Shown one piece after another: positions 36,702 through 46,169 of a stretch of 64,000 nt of DNA; position 1 is the first letter of the stretch, and each line of letters starts with the position of its first letter. The stretch lies in NCBI GenBank assembly GCA_038211115.1, contig JBBQVX010000001.1, forward strand, positions 19,900-83,899, written 5' to 3'. The position numbers were made by a program, and so were the translations under genes. This DNA comes from Elusimicrobiota bacterium (GTDB lineage: Bacteria; Elusimicrobiota; Elusimicrobia; UBA1565; UBA9628). Under the pieces are notes generated by a model that was given only the letters and a program-made list of their open reading frames with translations, was not told the origin of the DNA and made no database searches.

Positions 36702-37450
36702 GAAGGAAGCTCGGGATCGCGATGGAGCACGTGCCGGTTCAGCCCGGTCAAGCGCGGATTCTTCTTCAGATAGCCGATCATGTCCAGGCAGGAAAAATCC
36801 CGCCGCGCGCGCCGGAAGGCCGTGAAGAGCTTGTCGATCAGCCGGAAGTCGTCCATCTCGTCCAAGGTCAGGCGCAGATCAGGCCAGAGCTGATCGGGCG
36901 GAGCGATGAGCGTCAACAGCCGGAACTTCTTCGGGTTCCGGACGAAGTACCAGCTGACGTGCTCGCGATCTTCGGGAAGACGGCCCTCGCGGTCGGCGCG
37001 CGCGAGCAGCGCGGTCGAGAACACCTGCGTGTCCATGCCGATCGGGTAGGAGCGGACATGGCAGTTCGAGGCGTAGTCGCACTCGTTGTTTAGATAAAGC
37101 TCCAAGACCTGGGAGATGACGCCCGGATCGATGAGCGGGCAGTCGCCCGTGATCTCGACGATGAGGTCGGCCTTGGCCGAGCGGGCGGCCAGGAGCACGC
37201 GCTTGAGCACGTCGTCCTCGCTTCCGCGGAAGCAGCCCACCTTCAAGCGCTTCGCCAGCTCCTCGATGCAGTCGTCCTGCGGGTTCGTCGTCGTGGCCAG
37301 CACGATCCCGTCGAGCTTCGGCACGAGGCGAAGCCGCTCGACCAAGTGCTCGAGCATCGTCTTGCCCGCCGACTTCATCAGGACCTTGCCGGGAAGGCGC
37401 GACGAGGTCATCCGGCACTCGACGGTAGCGACGATTTTCCGGCGTTTCAT
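36698..37450 (-). CDS. SpsF-type cytidylyltransferase (CMP-NulO synthetase family), second copy
   Basis: VECRMTSSRLPGKVLMKSAGKTMLEHLVERL and EITGDCPLID. Confidence 0.8.
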   Translation of the reverse strand: MKRRKIVATVECRMTSSRLPGKVLMKSAGKTMLEHLVERLRLVPKLDGIVLATTTNPQDDCIEELAKRLKVGCFRGSEDDVLKRVLLAARSAKADLIVEITGDCPLIDPGVISQVLELYLNNECDYASNCHVRSYPIGMDTQVFSTALLARADREGRLPEDREHVSWYFVRNPKKFRLLTLIAPPDQLWPDLRLTLDEMDDFRLIDKLFTAFRRARRDFSCLDMIGYLKKNPRLTGLNRHVLHRDPELPS

Positions 37451-39201
37451 CGGCAGGTCTCCTGAAGGGCGCTCTCGATGACCTCGAAGGCGTCGGCGCG
37501 CGCGGCCGGAACCGTTTTCCGGTAGCGCGAGTGATCGCCCCTGAGGAACTCGCCGATTTGCCGGGTCGCCTGTTCCGTCGTGGAAAAAGTCTTCAGGACG
37601 GGGCCCAACAGATCCGCCGCCGACGGGCGAGCGATCATGCTCTCGTGGTAAACGCAGAAGCTCGGCAGCCCCGCGAGCAAAGTCTCGAACAGCGGGGTGG
37701 ACGGATAATCGTGAAGGGCCAGCGAAGAGCGCACGATATGGTCACGCATCTTGCCGCCGGCGAACTCGATGTTCGCCCCCTTGGCCGCGGCGATGGCACG
37801 GCCGATCGGGTCGGCGATCTTCTCCGGACCTTTGTCCCCTTTCCAGATAAAATGGAAATCCTTTTCCTTCAGGAAGTAGTCGAGAAGGGCGAGCTGATGG
37901 CGGAAATACCAGTCCTCGGAATAGTTGGCCGCCTGGAGCCGCAGCCACCGGCCGCTGCAGAGCGTCGGCAGGTAGATGACCACGGGCCGCCCGTCCACGG
38001 GCCGGATCGAAACTCCTTCGTAATTCTTCGTCCAGAGGGCGGCCGTCTTCACGACTGTCGCGGTGCCCTTGAAGACCTTGTCGGAAAAATACGCGCCGAA
38101 CTCCTCGTCCGTGGCCACGTACAGGTTGCACGGACGCTCGCTCATCTCCCAGGTCGCGTCCTCCAAAATGGACCAGCCATGGAGAACCTGAACCGCCAAA
38201 GTGGTATCGGAGGCCGCGGCGGCGGCCATCAACGTGAAGTCCTCGAGCTCCCACTTGTAGGGCGCGGCCACGAAGCGGATCTTACGCTTCTTCAAGAGCT
38301 CGAGGCTTCCTTGGAAGCCGGCCTCGAGCCTCGGGCAAACCTCCTCGACGAAATAGCGGATGCGGGCCGCAATGAACTCCGACAGGTCGAAGCCCGCGAA
38401 CTCGGAGAACACCTCCGTCCCGCCGGAAATCTTGGCCGAGAGTCCCGGACGCTTGACCGAAAGGACCGGAGCGCCGAGGCTGCGCAGGATGCGATAGCCC
38501 CGGCCGGCGGCCGACGCCTCGACGCCCGCCAAGCCGCCGGAGGCCCCGTGGATGATCAGCGCCACCGGCGCGTCCGCGGCGCCCGACGAGCGCAGGCCGC
38601 GAGCGGTGTCCCTCAGCCGCCGGGCCGCCGCCTTGAGCCCGCCGATGACCGGCCCGGCCCAGCGCCGGGCGGCCGACGCGCCGCCTTTCCCCGCAAGCGC
38701 GTTTTCCCGGAACGCGATCCCCCGTTTCGCGCAAACCGCCGGCAGCACGCGGGCGAACAGGCTCGGCCCGTTGAACGCCAGTTGAAAGTCGATCGCCGGC
38801 TCGTCGACGCGACGCGTGTGGAAAACGACCGTCTCGGGCTTGAGCGCGTCGAGAATGGCCTGGACGCGCAGGGCGGTGATGACGGGGCCGTCGGTCACGA
38901 AGCGCAGGTAGTAGCCGTACAGCCGGGCAGGGCCCATCCCCGCGGCGGCCAAGGCCGGGAACTCGGGTTTCAGCCGGTCGTCGAAGGCGTCCACCCACCG
39001 CGCGAAAAGCCGGGAATACTCCCGCTCGCGCGCGTGGAGCTTCGCCATGGGGTAAAAGTCCTCGGGGATGGAGTAGGCGATCCCTTTCTGAGTGAGCGCC
39101 CAGGACACGTCCGGGTTCAGGGAGACGACGGCCCCTTCCAGGTCCAGGACCGACTCGTCGAGGTCCTCGACGAGGTTGAGAACCCCGCTTTGCGCCTTCA
39201 T
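37447..39201 (-). CDS. Hypothetical 584-aa protein, candidate novel (NulO?) transferase
   Basis: Long ORF with ordinary composition. The C-terminal part (VVIYLPT...FHFIWKGDKG...NIEFAGGKMRDHIVRSSLALHDYPSTPLFETLLAGLP) is GT-B-like. I prefer ATG 39201 (TGaTAAATT box 8 nt upstream) over the track's TTG 39219. Confidence 0.6.
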   Translation of the reverse strand: MKAQSGVLNLVEDLDESVLDLEGAVVSLNPDVSWALTQKGIAYSIPEDFYPMAKLHAREREYSRLFARWVDAFDDRLKPEFPALAAAGMGPARLYGYYLRFVTDGPVITALRVQAILDALKPETVVFHTRRVDEPAIDFQLAFNGPSLFARVLPAVCAKRGIAFRENALAGKGGASAARRWAGPVIGGLKAAARRLRDTARGLRSSGAADAPVALIIHGASGGLAGVEASAAGRGYRILRSLGAPVLSVKRPGLSAKISGGTEVFSEFAGFDLSEFIAARIRYFVEEVCPRLEAGFQGSLELLKKRKIRFVAAPYKWELEDFTLMAAAAASDTTLAVQVLHGWSILEDATWEMSERPCNLYVATDEEFGAYFSDKVFKGTATVVKTAALWTKNYEGVSIRPVDGRPVVIYLPTLCSGRWLRLQAANYSEDWYFRHQLALLDYFLKEKDFHFIWKGDKGPEKIADPIGRAIAAAKGANIEFAGGKMRDHIVRSSLALHDYPSTPLFETLLAGLPSFCVYHESMIARPSAADLLGPVLKTFSTTEQATRQIGEFLRGDHSRYRKTVPAARADAFEVIESALQETCR

Positions 39202-39209
39202 AATACGCG

Positions 39210-39218
39210 AATTTATCA
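39210..39218 (-). promoter_or_regulatory. Extended -10 TGaTAAATT, 8 nt before ATG 39201
   Basis: The reverse complement of 39210-39218 is TGATAAATT. It overlaps the inverted repeat AATTT-ATC-AAATT. Confidence 0.45.
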
Positions 39219-39289
39219 AATTTTCAGGCCTCCCGTTAAGGCTCGTCCCCCGCCCCGAGCGTTAAAGGCTAGCGACCGGCATGGGGATG

Positions 39290-39298
39290 TGATAAAAT
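39290..39298 (+). promoter_or_regulatory. Extended -10 TGaTAAAAT, 21 nt before ATG 39320
   Basis: Read directly from the sequence: tgataaaat. It overlaps the palindrome AATTTAAATT (39296-39305). Confidence 0.4.
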
Positions 39299-39319
39299 TT
39301 AAATTAGCTCGACAGATTC

Positions 39320-40174
39320 ATGCTAAAACCGATCCGGCTGGACGAACTTCCGCGCTACTCCCCGTGGCCCCAGAGACTCCTTGGGCTCGCGGCCTGCCCG
39401 GTCCGGCCCAAGACCGAAAAAGAGGTCATTCGCGAGTTCGAGCGTGAAAAATGGGGCCCGTTGCTCAAAGGCCTCCGATTGATGCGCTCGCCTTCGGTGG
39501 ACAAGGCCATGGGCCTCGAGGTGGATCTCGACGCCAAGGAGCCTTTCTTTGAATCGGGCCGGTTCGCGCTCGCGAGCAACCGCGAGATCCAGCGCCGATA
39601 TGTGCGCCTCCTGTCGGCGGCTTTGCGGCCCTACCTGAAGGGCGCCGCGGGGCTCGTCGAGCTGGGCGCGGGCTACGGCGCCCAGATTCTCTCCCTGTCG
39701 GATGAAAAAGGATTCAAGAACCTTCCCCTGTACGCCGGCGAGTTCACCCCCAGCGGGCAGGAGGCCATCCGTCTCGTCGCGGCAGGGCTGAAAAAGAAAA
39801 TCGAGGTCGGCTGGTGCGATTTCCGGGGCCTGGCCTCCGAGGGCCTCGCCATCCCCGAGAACAGCGTCCTCTTCACCTCTTATTCCGCGCATTACGTGCC
39901 CGAGCACTCGGCCGGCCTCGTCCGCTTCATCAAGAAATGGAAGCCGAAGGCGGTGGTCCACTTCGAGCCGATCTACGAACACCAGTCGGACGCGACCTTG
40001 CACGAGCTCCTGTGCCGCCGCTATATCGAGGTCAACGACTACTCGCGCAACCTCGCCACAGTCATCGAGACCGCGTGCCGGAAGAAAGAGGCCCGCCTCC
40101 TCAAAGTCGAGAAGAACGTCTTCGGCGGCAACCCGCTGCTGCCGCTGTCGATCATGGCGTGGACGCCGCTGTGA
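39320..40174 (+). CDS. Class I SAM-dependent methyltransferase-like protein
   Basis: Motif I-like LVELGAGYGAQIL and an acidic post-I YAGEF. Confidence 0.55.
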   Translation: MLKPIRLDELPRYSPWPQRLLGLAACPVRPKTEKEVIREFEREKWGPLLKGLRLMRSPSVDKAMGLEVDLDAKEPFFESGRFALASNREIQRRYVRLLSAALRPYLKGAAGLVELGAGYGAQILSLSDEKGFKNLPLYAGEFTPSGQEAIRLVAAGLKKKIEVGWCDFRGLASEGLAIPENSVLFTSYSAHYVPEHSAGLVRFIKKWKPKAVVHFEPIYEHQSDATLHELLCRRYIEVNDYSRNLATVIETACRKKEARLLKVEKNVFGGNPLLPLSIMAWTPL

Positions 40175-40214
40175 GGCTCGCCGTTCCGGTCCTTCCGTTG
40201 CATGGGTCCCATCC

Positions 40215-41324
40215 ATGAAACAATACGACCGCATTTGCGTCGGCACCAGCATGATCCAAGTCTTGGAGGCGGTTTATCGCAGCCGGCTCGGCGAACGCGT
40301 CCTCATGATCGACCGGCAGTCCGAGATGGGCGGGGCCTGGACCTCGCTGCGGCTCTTCGGCCTGACGGACATCGAGAACGCGATCCACTACCTTCTGCCG
40401 GACGCCAAGTCCTTCGGCTTCATGAAGGACGTCCTGGGCTGGGACGTCATCGAGGTCGGCGACAAGCACCGCGTCCTCTCCTTCCCGCGGATCGGCTACG
40501 TCACCGTGATGTTCGACAATCCTTTCGGCCGCTGGCACACGCGGGCTCACGAGGCCGGCGGCTTTTCGGCGGTGCTCGGGTGCACCTGGGAGGCCTTGAA
40601 GGAGACGGTCGCTCCGGTCCGTCGGCGCTCGGCCTACGTCCGCGGCGGCACGCCCGAGATGCTGCGTAAGGTGAAGGCATTCCTGGATTCCTCCGAAGTC
40701 GAGGTCAAGTATTCGACGGAGATCACGGGCCTCTCGTTCGACACGGCGGCGGGCGCGGTGACGGTTTCGACTTCAGCCGGCGTCTTCACCGGAAAGACCC
40801 TCCAGATCAGCCACGGCTCCAGGATAGCCGCGCTGGTTAATAGAACGCACCCCGAGCTCGGGCTCGTCGAGAAGGTCTACCCGCGCCCGGCGGCGCACCT
40901 GCTGGTCAAGGACCCGGCGGCCCCGGGCATCTCCGAATGGATCTTCAGCGCGGACGACCTGATCAAGTACGCGCACGACGTGTCGAAGTACGTCGCCGAT
41001 CCGGCCAAGCTCGAAGGCCGGCGCCTGATCGTGCTGGCGCTGCTCCCGGCGCACGCCGCCGACGAAGCCGCGTGCCGGGAGGCGTTCAAGCGGCTGCAGC
41101 GCGCGGGCATGCTGAGCCCGTCCGCCGTGCTCGAGCAGTTCGACGGGAGGCAGACGTTCCTGCCGCCCCTCGAGAACCCCGATTTCGCGGCGCTCAAGAC
41201 GGCCTTCGGGCCCCTCGTGTCCACCTTGAGCACGGAGAATTTTTCGGAAGGGGTCGGCCTGCGGGCCGACGACTGGGCGCGGAAGCTGAGCCCCGCGGGA
41301 AGAAAGAAAGGAGTGTTGAAATGA
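40215..41324 (+). CDS. FAD/NAD(P)-binding oxidoreductase-like protein
   Basis: N-terminal YDRICVGTSMIQVLEA...VLMIDRQSEMGGAW resembles a dinucleotide-binding beta-alpha-beta fold with the GG.W motif. The glycine motif is degenerate. Confidence 0.55.
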   Translation: MKQYDRICVGTSMIQVLEAVYRSRLGERVLMIDRQSEMGGAWTSLRLFGLTDIENAIHYLLPDAKSFGFMKDVLGWDVIEVGDKHRVLSFPRIGYVTVMFDNPFGRWHTRAHEAGGFSAVLGCTWEALKETVAPVRRRSAYVRGGTPEMLRKVKAFLDSSEVEVKYSTEITGLSFDTAAGAVTVSTSAGVFTGKTLQISHGSRIAALVNRTHPELGLVEKVYPRPAAHLLVKDPAAPGISEWIFSADDLIKYAHDVSKYVADPAKLEGRRLIVLALLPAHAADEAACREAFKRLQRAGMLSPSAVLEQFDGRQTFLPPLENPDFAALKTAFGPLVSTLSTENFSEGVGLRADDWARKLSPAGRKKGVLK

Positions 41325-42325
41325 AAGCGAATTCGTACGTGCCGGTCGTCGTGTCCGACTATTATCCCGTCGTCGTCCGGCGGCTCTTCGACCGGATCTC
41401 GCGCGAGGGCTATAAGAAGATCGCGCTGTACGGCTTCGGCGAGAACATGAAGTGGCTCCACCGCCTCCTCGCCGAGCGCGGCATGACCGCGACCCTGTGC
41501 GACTGGCGCAAGGAATTCATCGGCTACGACTGCGGCGGGAAGGACGTCGTGTCCGTCGATTCGCTGAAGGACAACCCGTCCGTTTTGGGCGTGATCTGCG
41601 TCGAGGAAATCCACGACCAGAAGGCGGCCATGCGCTATCTCTTCGAGAAGGGCTATAAAAAGATGCCCTTCATCTACGACCGGGCCGAGCCGCACAAGCC
41701 CTACGCGCAGGAGCAGCCGTACAAAGGCATCCTCGAGCGCGCGAAGGCGCGCGCGAAGTCGATGATCTACGACGAGCAGCTCTTCGATCTGATCCAGTTC
41801 ATCAAGATGACCGCGGACGTTCCCGGCGACGTCGTCGAGTACGGATCGTACATGGGCGGCTCGGGCGCGGTCCTCGTCGAGGCCGTCAAGCACTACACCG
41901 GCGGCAAGAAGAAGGTCCTGCTGTTCGACACCTTCGCCGGCATCCCCAAGTCGAAGTACGGCCTCGACCACCACTGGAACAGCAGCTTCGCCAACAACTC
42001 CTACAAGGAGGTCAAGAAGGCCGTCGCCGACTGCTCGAACGTGACCGTCATCCAGGGCAACATCATGCAGACCCATGTGAAGGCGTCGGGTGCAATCTCC
42101 TTCGGCTACCTCGCGAGCGACACGCTCGAGTCCGGAGAGGTCCTCCTCAATCACATGTGGCCGAAGCTCTCCCCCGGCGGGATCATCTGCATCTGCGACT
42201 ACGGCTCCTACCCGAACTGCGTCCCGCTGACGATGTACACGGACAAATGGCTCGAGGGGCGCAAGGACGCCGTCGTCTTCATGCCCGACAAATGCGGCAT
42301 CTTCATCATGAAGCGCGGCCGCTGA
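41321..42325 (+). CDS. TylF/MycF-family (macrocin-type) O-methyltransferase with an extra N-terminal domain
   Basis: GDVVEYGSYMGGSGAVLVEA, LLFDTFAGIPK and PGGIICICDYG. ATGA overlap. Confidence 0.75.
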   Translation: MKANSYVPVVVSDYYPVVVRRLFDRISREGYKKIALYGFGENMKWLHRLLAERGMTATLCDWRKEFIGYDCGGKDVVSVDSLKDNPSVLGVICVEEIHDQKAAMRYLFEKGYKKMPFIYDRAEPHKPYAQEQPYKGILERAKARAKSMIYDEQLFDLIQFIKMTADVPGDVVEYGSYMGGSGAVLVEAVKHYTGGKKKVLLFDTFAGIPKSKYGLDHHWNSSFANNSYKEVKKAVADCSNVTVIQGNIMQTHVKASGAISFGYLASDTLESGEVLLNHMWPKLSPGGIICICDYGSYPNCVPLTMYTDKWLEGRKDAVVFMPDKCGIFIMKRGR

Positions 42326-42339
42326 GGCAAATTGATAGC

Positions 42340-43341
42340 ATGTCGCCCATGAACTGGAAGAACGTCCGCGTGGCGGTCACCGGAGCGGGAGGCTTCATCG
42401 GCAGCCACCTGGCCGAGGAGCTCGCGCGCAAAGGGGCCAAGGTGCGCGCGATGGTCCGCTATAACGGAAGCGGCGACCAGGGATTCCTCGAAGAGACCCC
42501 GGCCGCGCTGCGCCGCCGCCTCGAGGTCCGCGCGGGCGACGTGCGCGACCCGCACTTCGTCGAGGATTTCTGCGCCGGGCAGGAGGTCGTCTTCCACCTC
42601 GCCGCGCTGATCGCGATCCCGTACTCGTACGAGGCCCCGTCGAGCTACGCGCAGACGAACGTCCAGGGCACCTTGAACGTCCTACAGGCCTGCCGCCGCG
42701 GACGCGTCAAGCGCTTGGTCCATACGTCGACCTCGGAAGTGTACGGGACCGCGCTCTACACCCCGATCGACGAGAAGCACCCGCTCCAAGCCCAGTCGCC
42801 CTACTCGGCCTCGAAGATCGGCGCCGACGCGCTCGCCGAAAGCTTCTATCGCTCCTTCGGCCTGCCGGTGACGATCGCGCGCCCGTTCAACACGTTCGGC
42901 CCGCGCCAGTCCGCCCGCGCCGTGATCCCGACGATCGCCTCCCAACTCCTCTCCGGCGCCGCCGAGCTCAAGATCGGCGCGCTCGGTCCCGTGCGCGACT
43001 TCAACCACGTCGCCGACACCGTCGACGGCTTCCTCGCGGTCGCGGCCTCCAAGCGCTGCCTCGGCGAGACCGTCAACCTCGGCTCCGGCCGCGGCGTGAC
43101 GATCGGCGAGACGATCAAGCTGCTCATGCGCCTGTCCGGACGCAAGGCCGCGATCCGCGTGGATGCGGCCCGCCTGCGCCCCGAGCGCAGCGAGGTCCAC
43201 AAGCTGATCTGCGGCAACGCGAAGGCCCGCCGCCTCGCGGGCTGGAAGCCGCGCCGCACGCTCGAGCAGGGCCTGCGCGAGGTCCTCGACTACGTCGGCG
43301 CCCATCCCGAGCGCTACAAGCCCGGGCTCTACAACGTCTAG
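42340..43341 (+). CDS. legB: NAD-dependent NDP-HexNAc 4,6-dehydratase, LegB type
   Basis: VAVTGAGGFIGSHLAEEL, VRAMVRYNGSG..GFLEE, VFHLAALIAIPYSY and YSASK. Confidence 0.75.
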   Translation: MSPMNWKNVRVAVTGAGGFIGSHLAEELARKGAKVRAMVRYNGSGDQGFLEETPAALRRRLEVRAGDVRDPHFVEDFCAGQEVVFHLAALIAIPYSYEAPSSYAQTNVQGTLNVLQACRRGRVKRLVHTSTSEVYGTALYTPIDEKHPLQAQSPYSASKIGADALAESFYRSFGLPVTIARPFNTFGPRQSARAVIPTIASQLLSGAAELKIGALGPVRDFNHVADTVDGFLAVAASKRCLGETVNLGSGRGVTIGETIKLLMRLSGRKAAIRVDAARLRPERSEVHKLICGNAKARRLAGWKPRRTLEQGLREVLDYVGAHPERYKPGLYNV

Positions 43342-43342
43342 C

Positions 43343-44017
43343 ATGACCGTCCTCGCGATCATCACCGCTCGCGGCGGCTCGAAGCGCCTGCCGGGCAAGA
43401 ACCTCCGCCCGCTCGGCGGCGTCCCGCTCATCGGCTGGACGATCGCCGCGGCCAAGCGCGCGAAGACCTTGAGCGCCTGCTGGGTCAGCACCGACGACCC
43501 CGCGATCGCGGAGGCCGCTCGCTCTCTCGGGGCCGAGGCGCCGTTCCTGCGGCCCGCGTCGCTGTCCGGCGACGCCGCGACGAGCGCCGACGCCGCGCGT
43601 CACGCGCTCGCCGAGTTCGAGCGCGGCGGGAGGAAGGCCGACGTCGTCGTCCTCCTCCAGCCCACGACGCCCCTGCTGGGCTCCGGCGCGATCGACGCGG
43701 CTGCGGGATTCGTGACGGGCGGTGCGGACTCCGCCCAGACCGTCACGCTGGATTCGGCGCACCCGCTTCACAAGTTCCGCCTGCGCGCGGACCGATTGGT
43801 GGACGTTTATAAAGAAACCGCCGAAGGCGGGCCGGTCTACCGCCCGAACGGCGGCGCCTACGCGGTGCGCGCGGACCTGCTGCGAGACAAAGGCCTGCTG
43901 CGCGGCGACGACCATCGCGGCGTCGTCGTCGACCTCGAATCTTCGACGGACATCGACACGCTCTGGGACTTCCGCCTCGCCGAGGCGATCGTCGCCGAGA
44001 CCGGGAGGCGCCCATGA
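43343..44017 (+). CDS. Acylneuraminate cytidylyltransferase-family CMP-NulO synthetase (NeuA/LegF type)
   Basis: AIITARGGSKRLPGKNLRPLGGVPLIGWTI, WVSTDD and LLQPTTPL. Confidence 0.85.
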   Translation: MTVLAIITARGGSKRLPGKNLRPLGGVPLIGWTIAAAKRAKTLSACWVSTDDPAIAEAARSLGAEAPFLRPASLSGDAATSADAARHALAEFERGGRKADVVVLLQPTTPLLGSGAIDAAAGFVTGGADSAQTVTLDSAHPLHKFRLRADRLVDVYKETAEGGPVYRPNGGAYAVRADLLRDKGLLRGDDHRGVVVDLESSTDIDTLWDFRLAEAIVAETGRRP

Positions 44018-45150
44018 AGAAAATCCCTTACGGCCGCCAGATCATCGACGCCGCCGACCGCGCCGCCGTCGACAAGGTCCTTCGATCCGACTGGCTGACC
44101 CAGGGCCCGAACATCCCCGCGTTCGAGGCCGCCGTCGCGCGCGTCTGCGGCGCGCGCCACGCGGTCGCCTGCGCGAACGGGACCGCCGCCCTCCACCTCG
44201 CGTGCCTCGCCGCGGGCCTCAAGCCCGGCGACGAGGCCGTCGTCCCCCCGATCACCTTCGCCGCGACGGCGAACGCGGTCACGTACTGCGGCGCGCGCGC
44301 CGTCTTCGCCGACGTGAAGGCCGACACGCTCACGCTCGACCCCGCAGCGCTTCAGGCCGCCCTGACGCCGAGGACGAAGGCCGTCCTGCCCGTCCACTTC
44401 GCCGGGCTTCCGGCCGACATGGCCGAAATCGGGAAGATCGCGCGCGCGCGCAGACTCATCGTCATCGAGGACGCCGCCCACGCGCTCGGAGCGACCTACG
44501 GCGGACGCCCGGTCGGCGCGTGCGAATATTCGGACATGGCCATTCTGAGCTTCCACCCCGTCAAGCACATCGCGACCGGCGAGGGCGGCATGGTCCTCAC
44601 CAACGATGACGACCTCGCCAACCGCCTGCGCCTGTTCCGCAGCCACGGCATCACGCGCGACCCCGCCCTGCTCGAGAACAAGGACGAAGGCGGCTGGTAC
44701 TACGAGATGCAGGAGCTCGGCTTCAACTACCGCATCCCCGACATCCTGTGCGCGCTCGGCTTGTCCCAGCTCAAGAAGCTCCCGAAGTTCCTCGCGCGCC
44801 GCCGCGCGCTCGCGAAGGCGTACCGCAAGGCGTTCGCCTCGGTGCCCGGCGTGACGCTTCAAGCGCTGCCCGCCGGCCGCGAGCACGCGTGGCACCTGTT
44901 CACCATCCAGGTGCCGGCCGCCAAACGCCGCGCGCTGTACGACTTCCTGCACGCGCGCGGCATCCTGGCGAACGTGCACTACATTCCCGTGCACACCTTG
45001 CCGTACTACCGCCGCGCGGGCTGGAAGGACGCGAGCTTCCCGCACGCCGAGACGTTCTACGCAGGCTCGCTGTCCCTGCCGATGCACGCGGGACTGACCG
45101 ACGCCGACCAACGCCGCGTGGTCGCGGCCGTGCGCGAGGGCCTCGCGTGA
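44014..45150 (+). CDS. pseC: PseC-type UDP-4-amino-4,6-dideoxy-HexNAc transaminase (DegT family)
   Basis: IPYGRQIIDAADRAAVDKVLRSDWLTQGP, SFHPVKHIATGEGG and GGWYYEMQELGFNYRIPDILCALGLSQLKKL match the PseC pattern as I remember it. A LegC-like role cannot be excluded. Confidence 0.8.
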   Translation: MKKIPYGRQIIDAADRAAVDKVLRSDWLTQGPNIPAFEAAVARVCGARHAVACANGTAALHLACLAAGLKPGDEAVVPPITFAATANAVTYCGARAVFADVKADTLTLDPAALQAALTPRTKAVLPVHFAGLPADMAEIGKIARARRLIVIEDAAHALGATYGGRPVGACEYSDMAILSFHPVKHIATGEGGMVLTNDDDLANRLRLFRSHGITRDPALLENKDEGGWYYEMQELGFNYRIPDILCALGLSQLKKLPKFLARRRALAKAYRKAFASVPGVTLQALPAGREHAWHLFTIQVPAAKRRALYDFLHARGILANVHYIPVHTLPYYRRAGWKDASFPHAETFYAGSLSLPMHAGLTDADQRRVVAAVREGLA

Positions 45151-46169
45151 GGATTTCGCGCCGTCCGTTCGTCATCGCCGAGGCCGGCGTCAACCACAAC
45201 GGCAGCGACGCGCTCGCCGTCCGCCTCGTCGACGCCGCCGCGGACGCCGGCGCCGACGCGGTCAAGTTCCAGACGTTCCGCGCGGAGGGCCTCGCCACAG
45301 CCGGAGCGCCGAAGGCCGCCTATCAGAAGGTTCGCGGCGCGAAGCGCCGCGAATCCCAGCTCGACATGCTCAAGCGCCTCGAGCTCTCCGAGAAGGGCCA
45401 CCGCCGCGCCCTCGCGCGCGCGAAAGCCCGCGGCATCCTCTTCCTGTCGACGCCGTTCGACGAGGAGAGCGCGGATTTTCTGGCGCGGCTCGGCGTGCCC
45501 CTGTTCAAGCTCCCGTCCGGCGAGATCACGAACCACCCGCTTCTGCGCCACGTCGCGCGCAAGCGTCGTCCCATCATCCTATCCACCGGCATGAGCACTT
45601 TGGCCGAGGTTCGCGAGGCCGTCTCCGTCCTGCGCCGCGCGGGCTGCAAGGACCTCACTTTGCTTCACTGCGTGTCGAGCTATCCCGCCGACCCGAAGGA
45701 CGCGAATCTCCGCGCGATGAGCACGATGGAACGCGCGTTCCGCCTCCCCGTCGGCTGGTCCGACCACACCATCGGCGCGGCGACCTCCATCGCCGCCGTG
45801 GCGCTCGGCGCCTCCATCATCGAGAAGCACTTTACACTCGACACCTCGCTCCCGGGGCCCGACCACGCGATGTCTCTCGATCCCCGCGAGCTGCGGACCT
45901 TCGTCGCCGCGCTGCGCGAGGCGGCCTCGTCGCTCGGCGACGGCGTCAAGCGCCCGCGCCCGTGCGAGGAGCCCATCCGCCGCGTCGCGCGCCGCAGCCT
46001 CGTCTTGCGCGAGGCGCGCCCCAAGGGCGCGCGGCTGACCGCCGCCGATCTCACGTCCAAGCGCCCCGGCACCGGCCTGCCGCCGTCGAGGCTTCTCTCC
46101 GTCGTCGGCCGCCGCCTGCGCCGCGCCGTGCCCGCCGACCGGCCGCTGCGCGCGGAGGACCTCGCGTGA
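45147..46169 (+). CDS. neuB: NeuB/LegI-type nonulosonic acid synthase
   Basis: FVIAEAGVNHNGSDALAVRLVDAAADAGADAVKFQTF, STPFDEESADFL, FKLPSGEITN, GWSDHT and a C-terminal SAF domain. GTGA overlap. Confidence 0.85.
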   Translation: MRISRRPFVIAEAGVNHNGSDALAVRLVDAAADAGADAVKFQTFRAEGLATAGAPKAAYQKVRGAKRRESQLDMLKRLELSEKGHRRALARAKARGILFLSTPFDEESADFLARLGVPLFKLPSGEITNHPLLRHVARKRRPIILSTGMSTLAEVREAVSVLRRAGCKDLTLLHCVSSYPADPKDANLRAMSTMERAFRLPVGWSDHTIGAATSIAAVALGASIIEKHFTLDTSLPGPDHAMSLDPRELRTFVAALREAASSLGDGVKRPRPCEEPIRRVARRSLVLREARPKGARLTAADLTSKRPGTGLPPSRLLSVVGRRLRRAVPADRPLRAEDLA

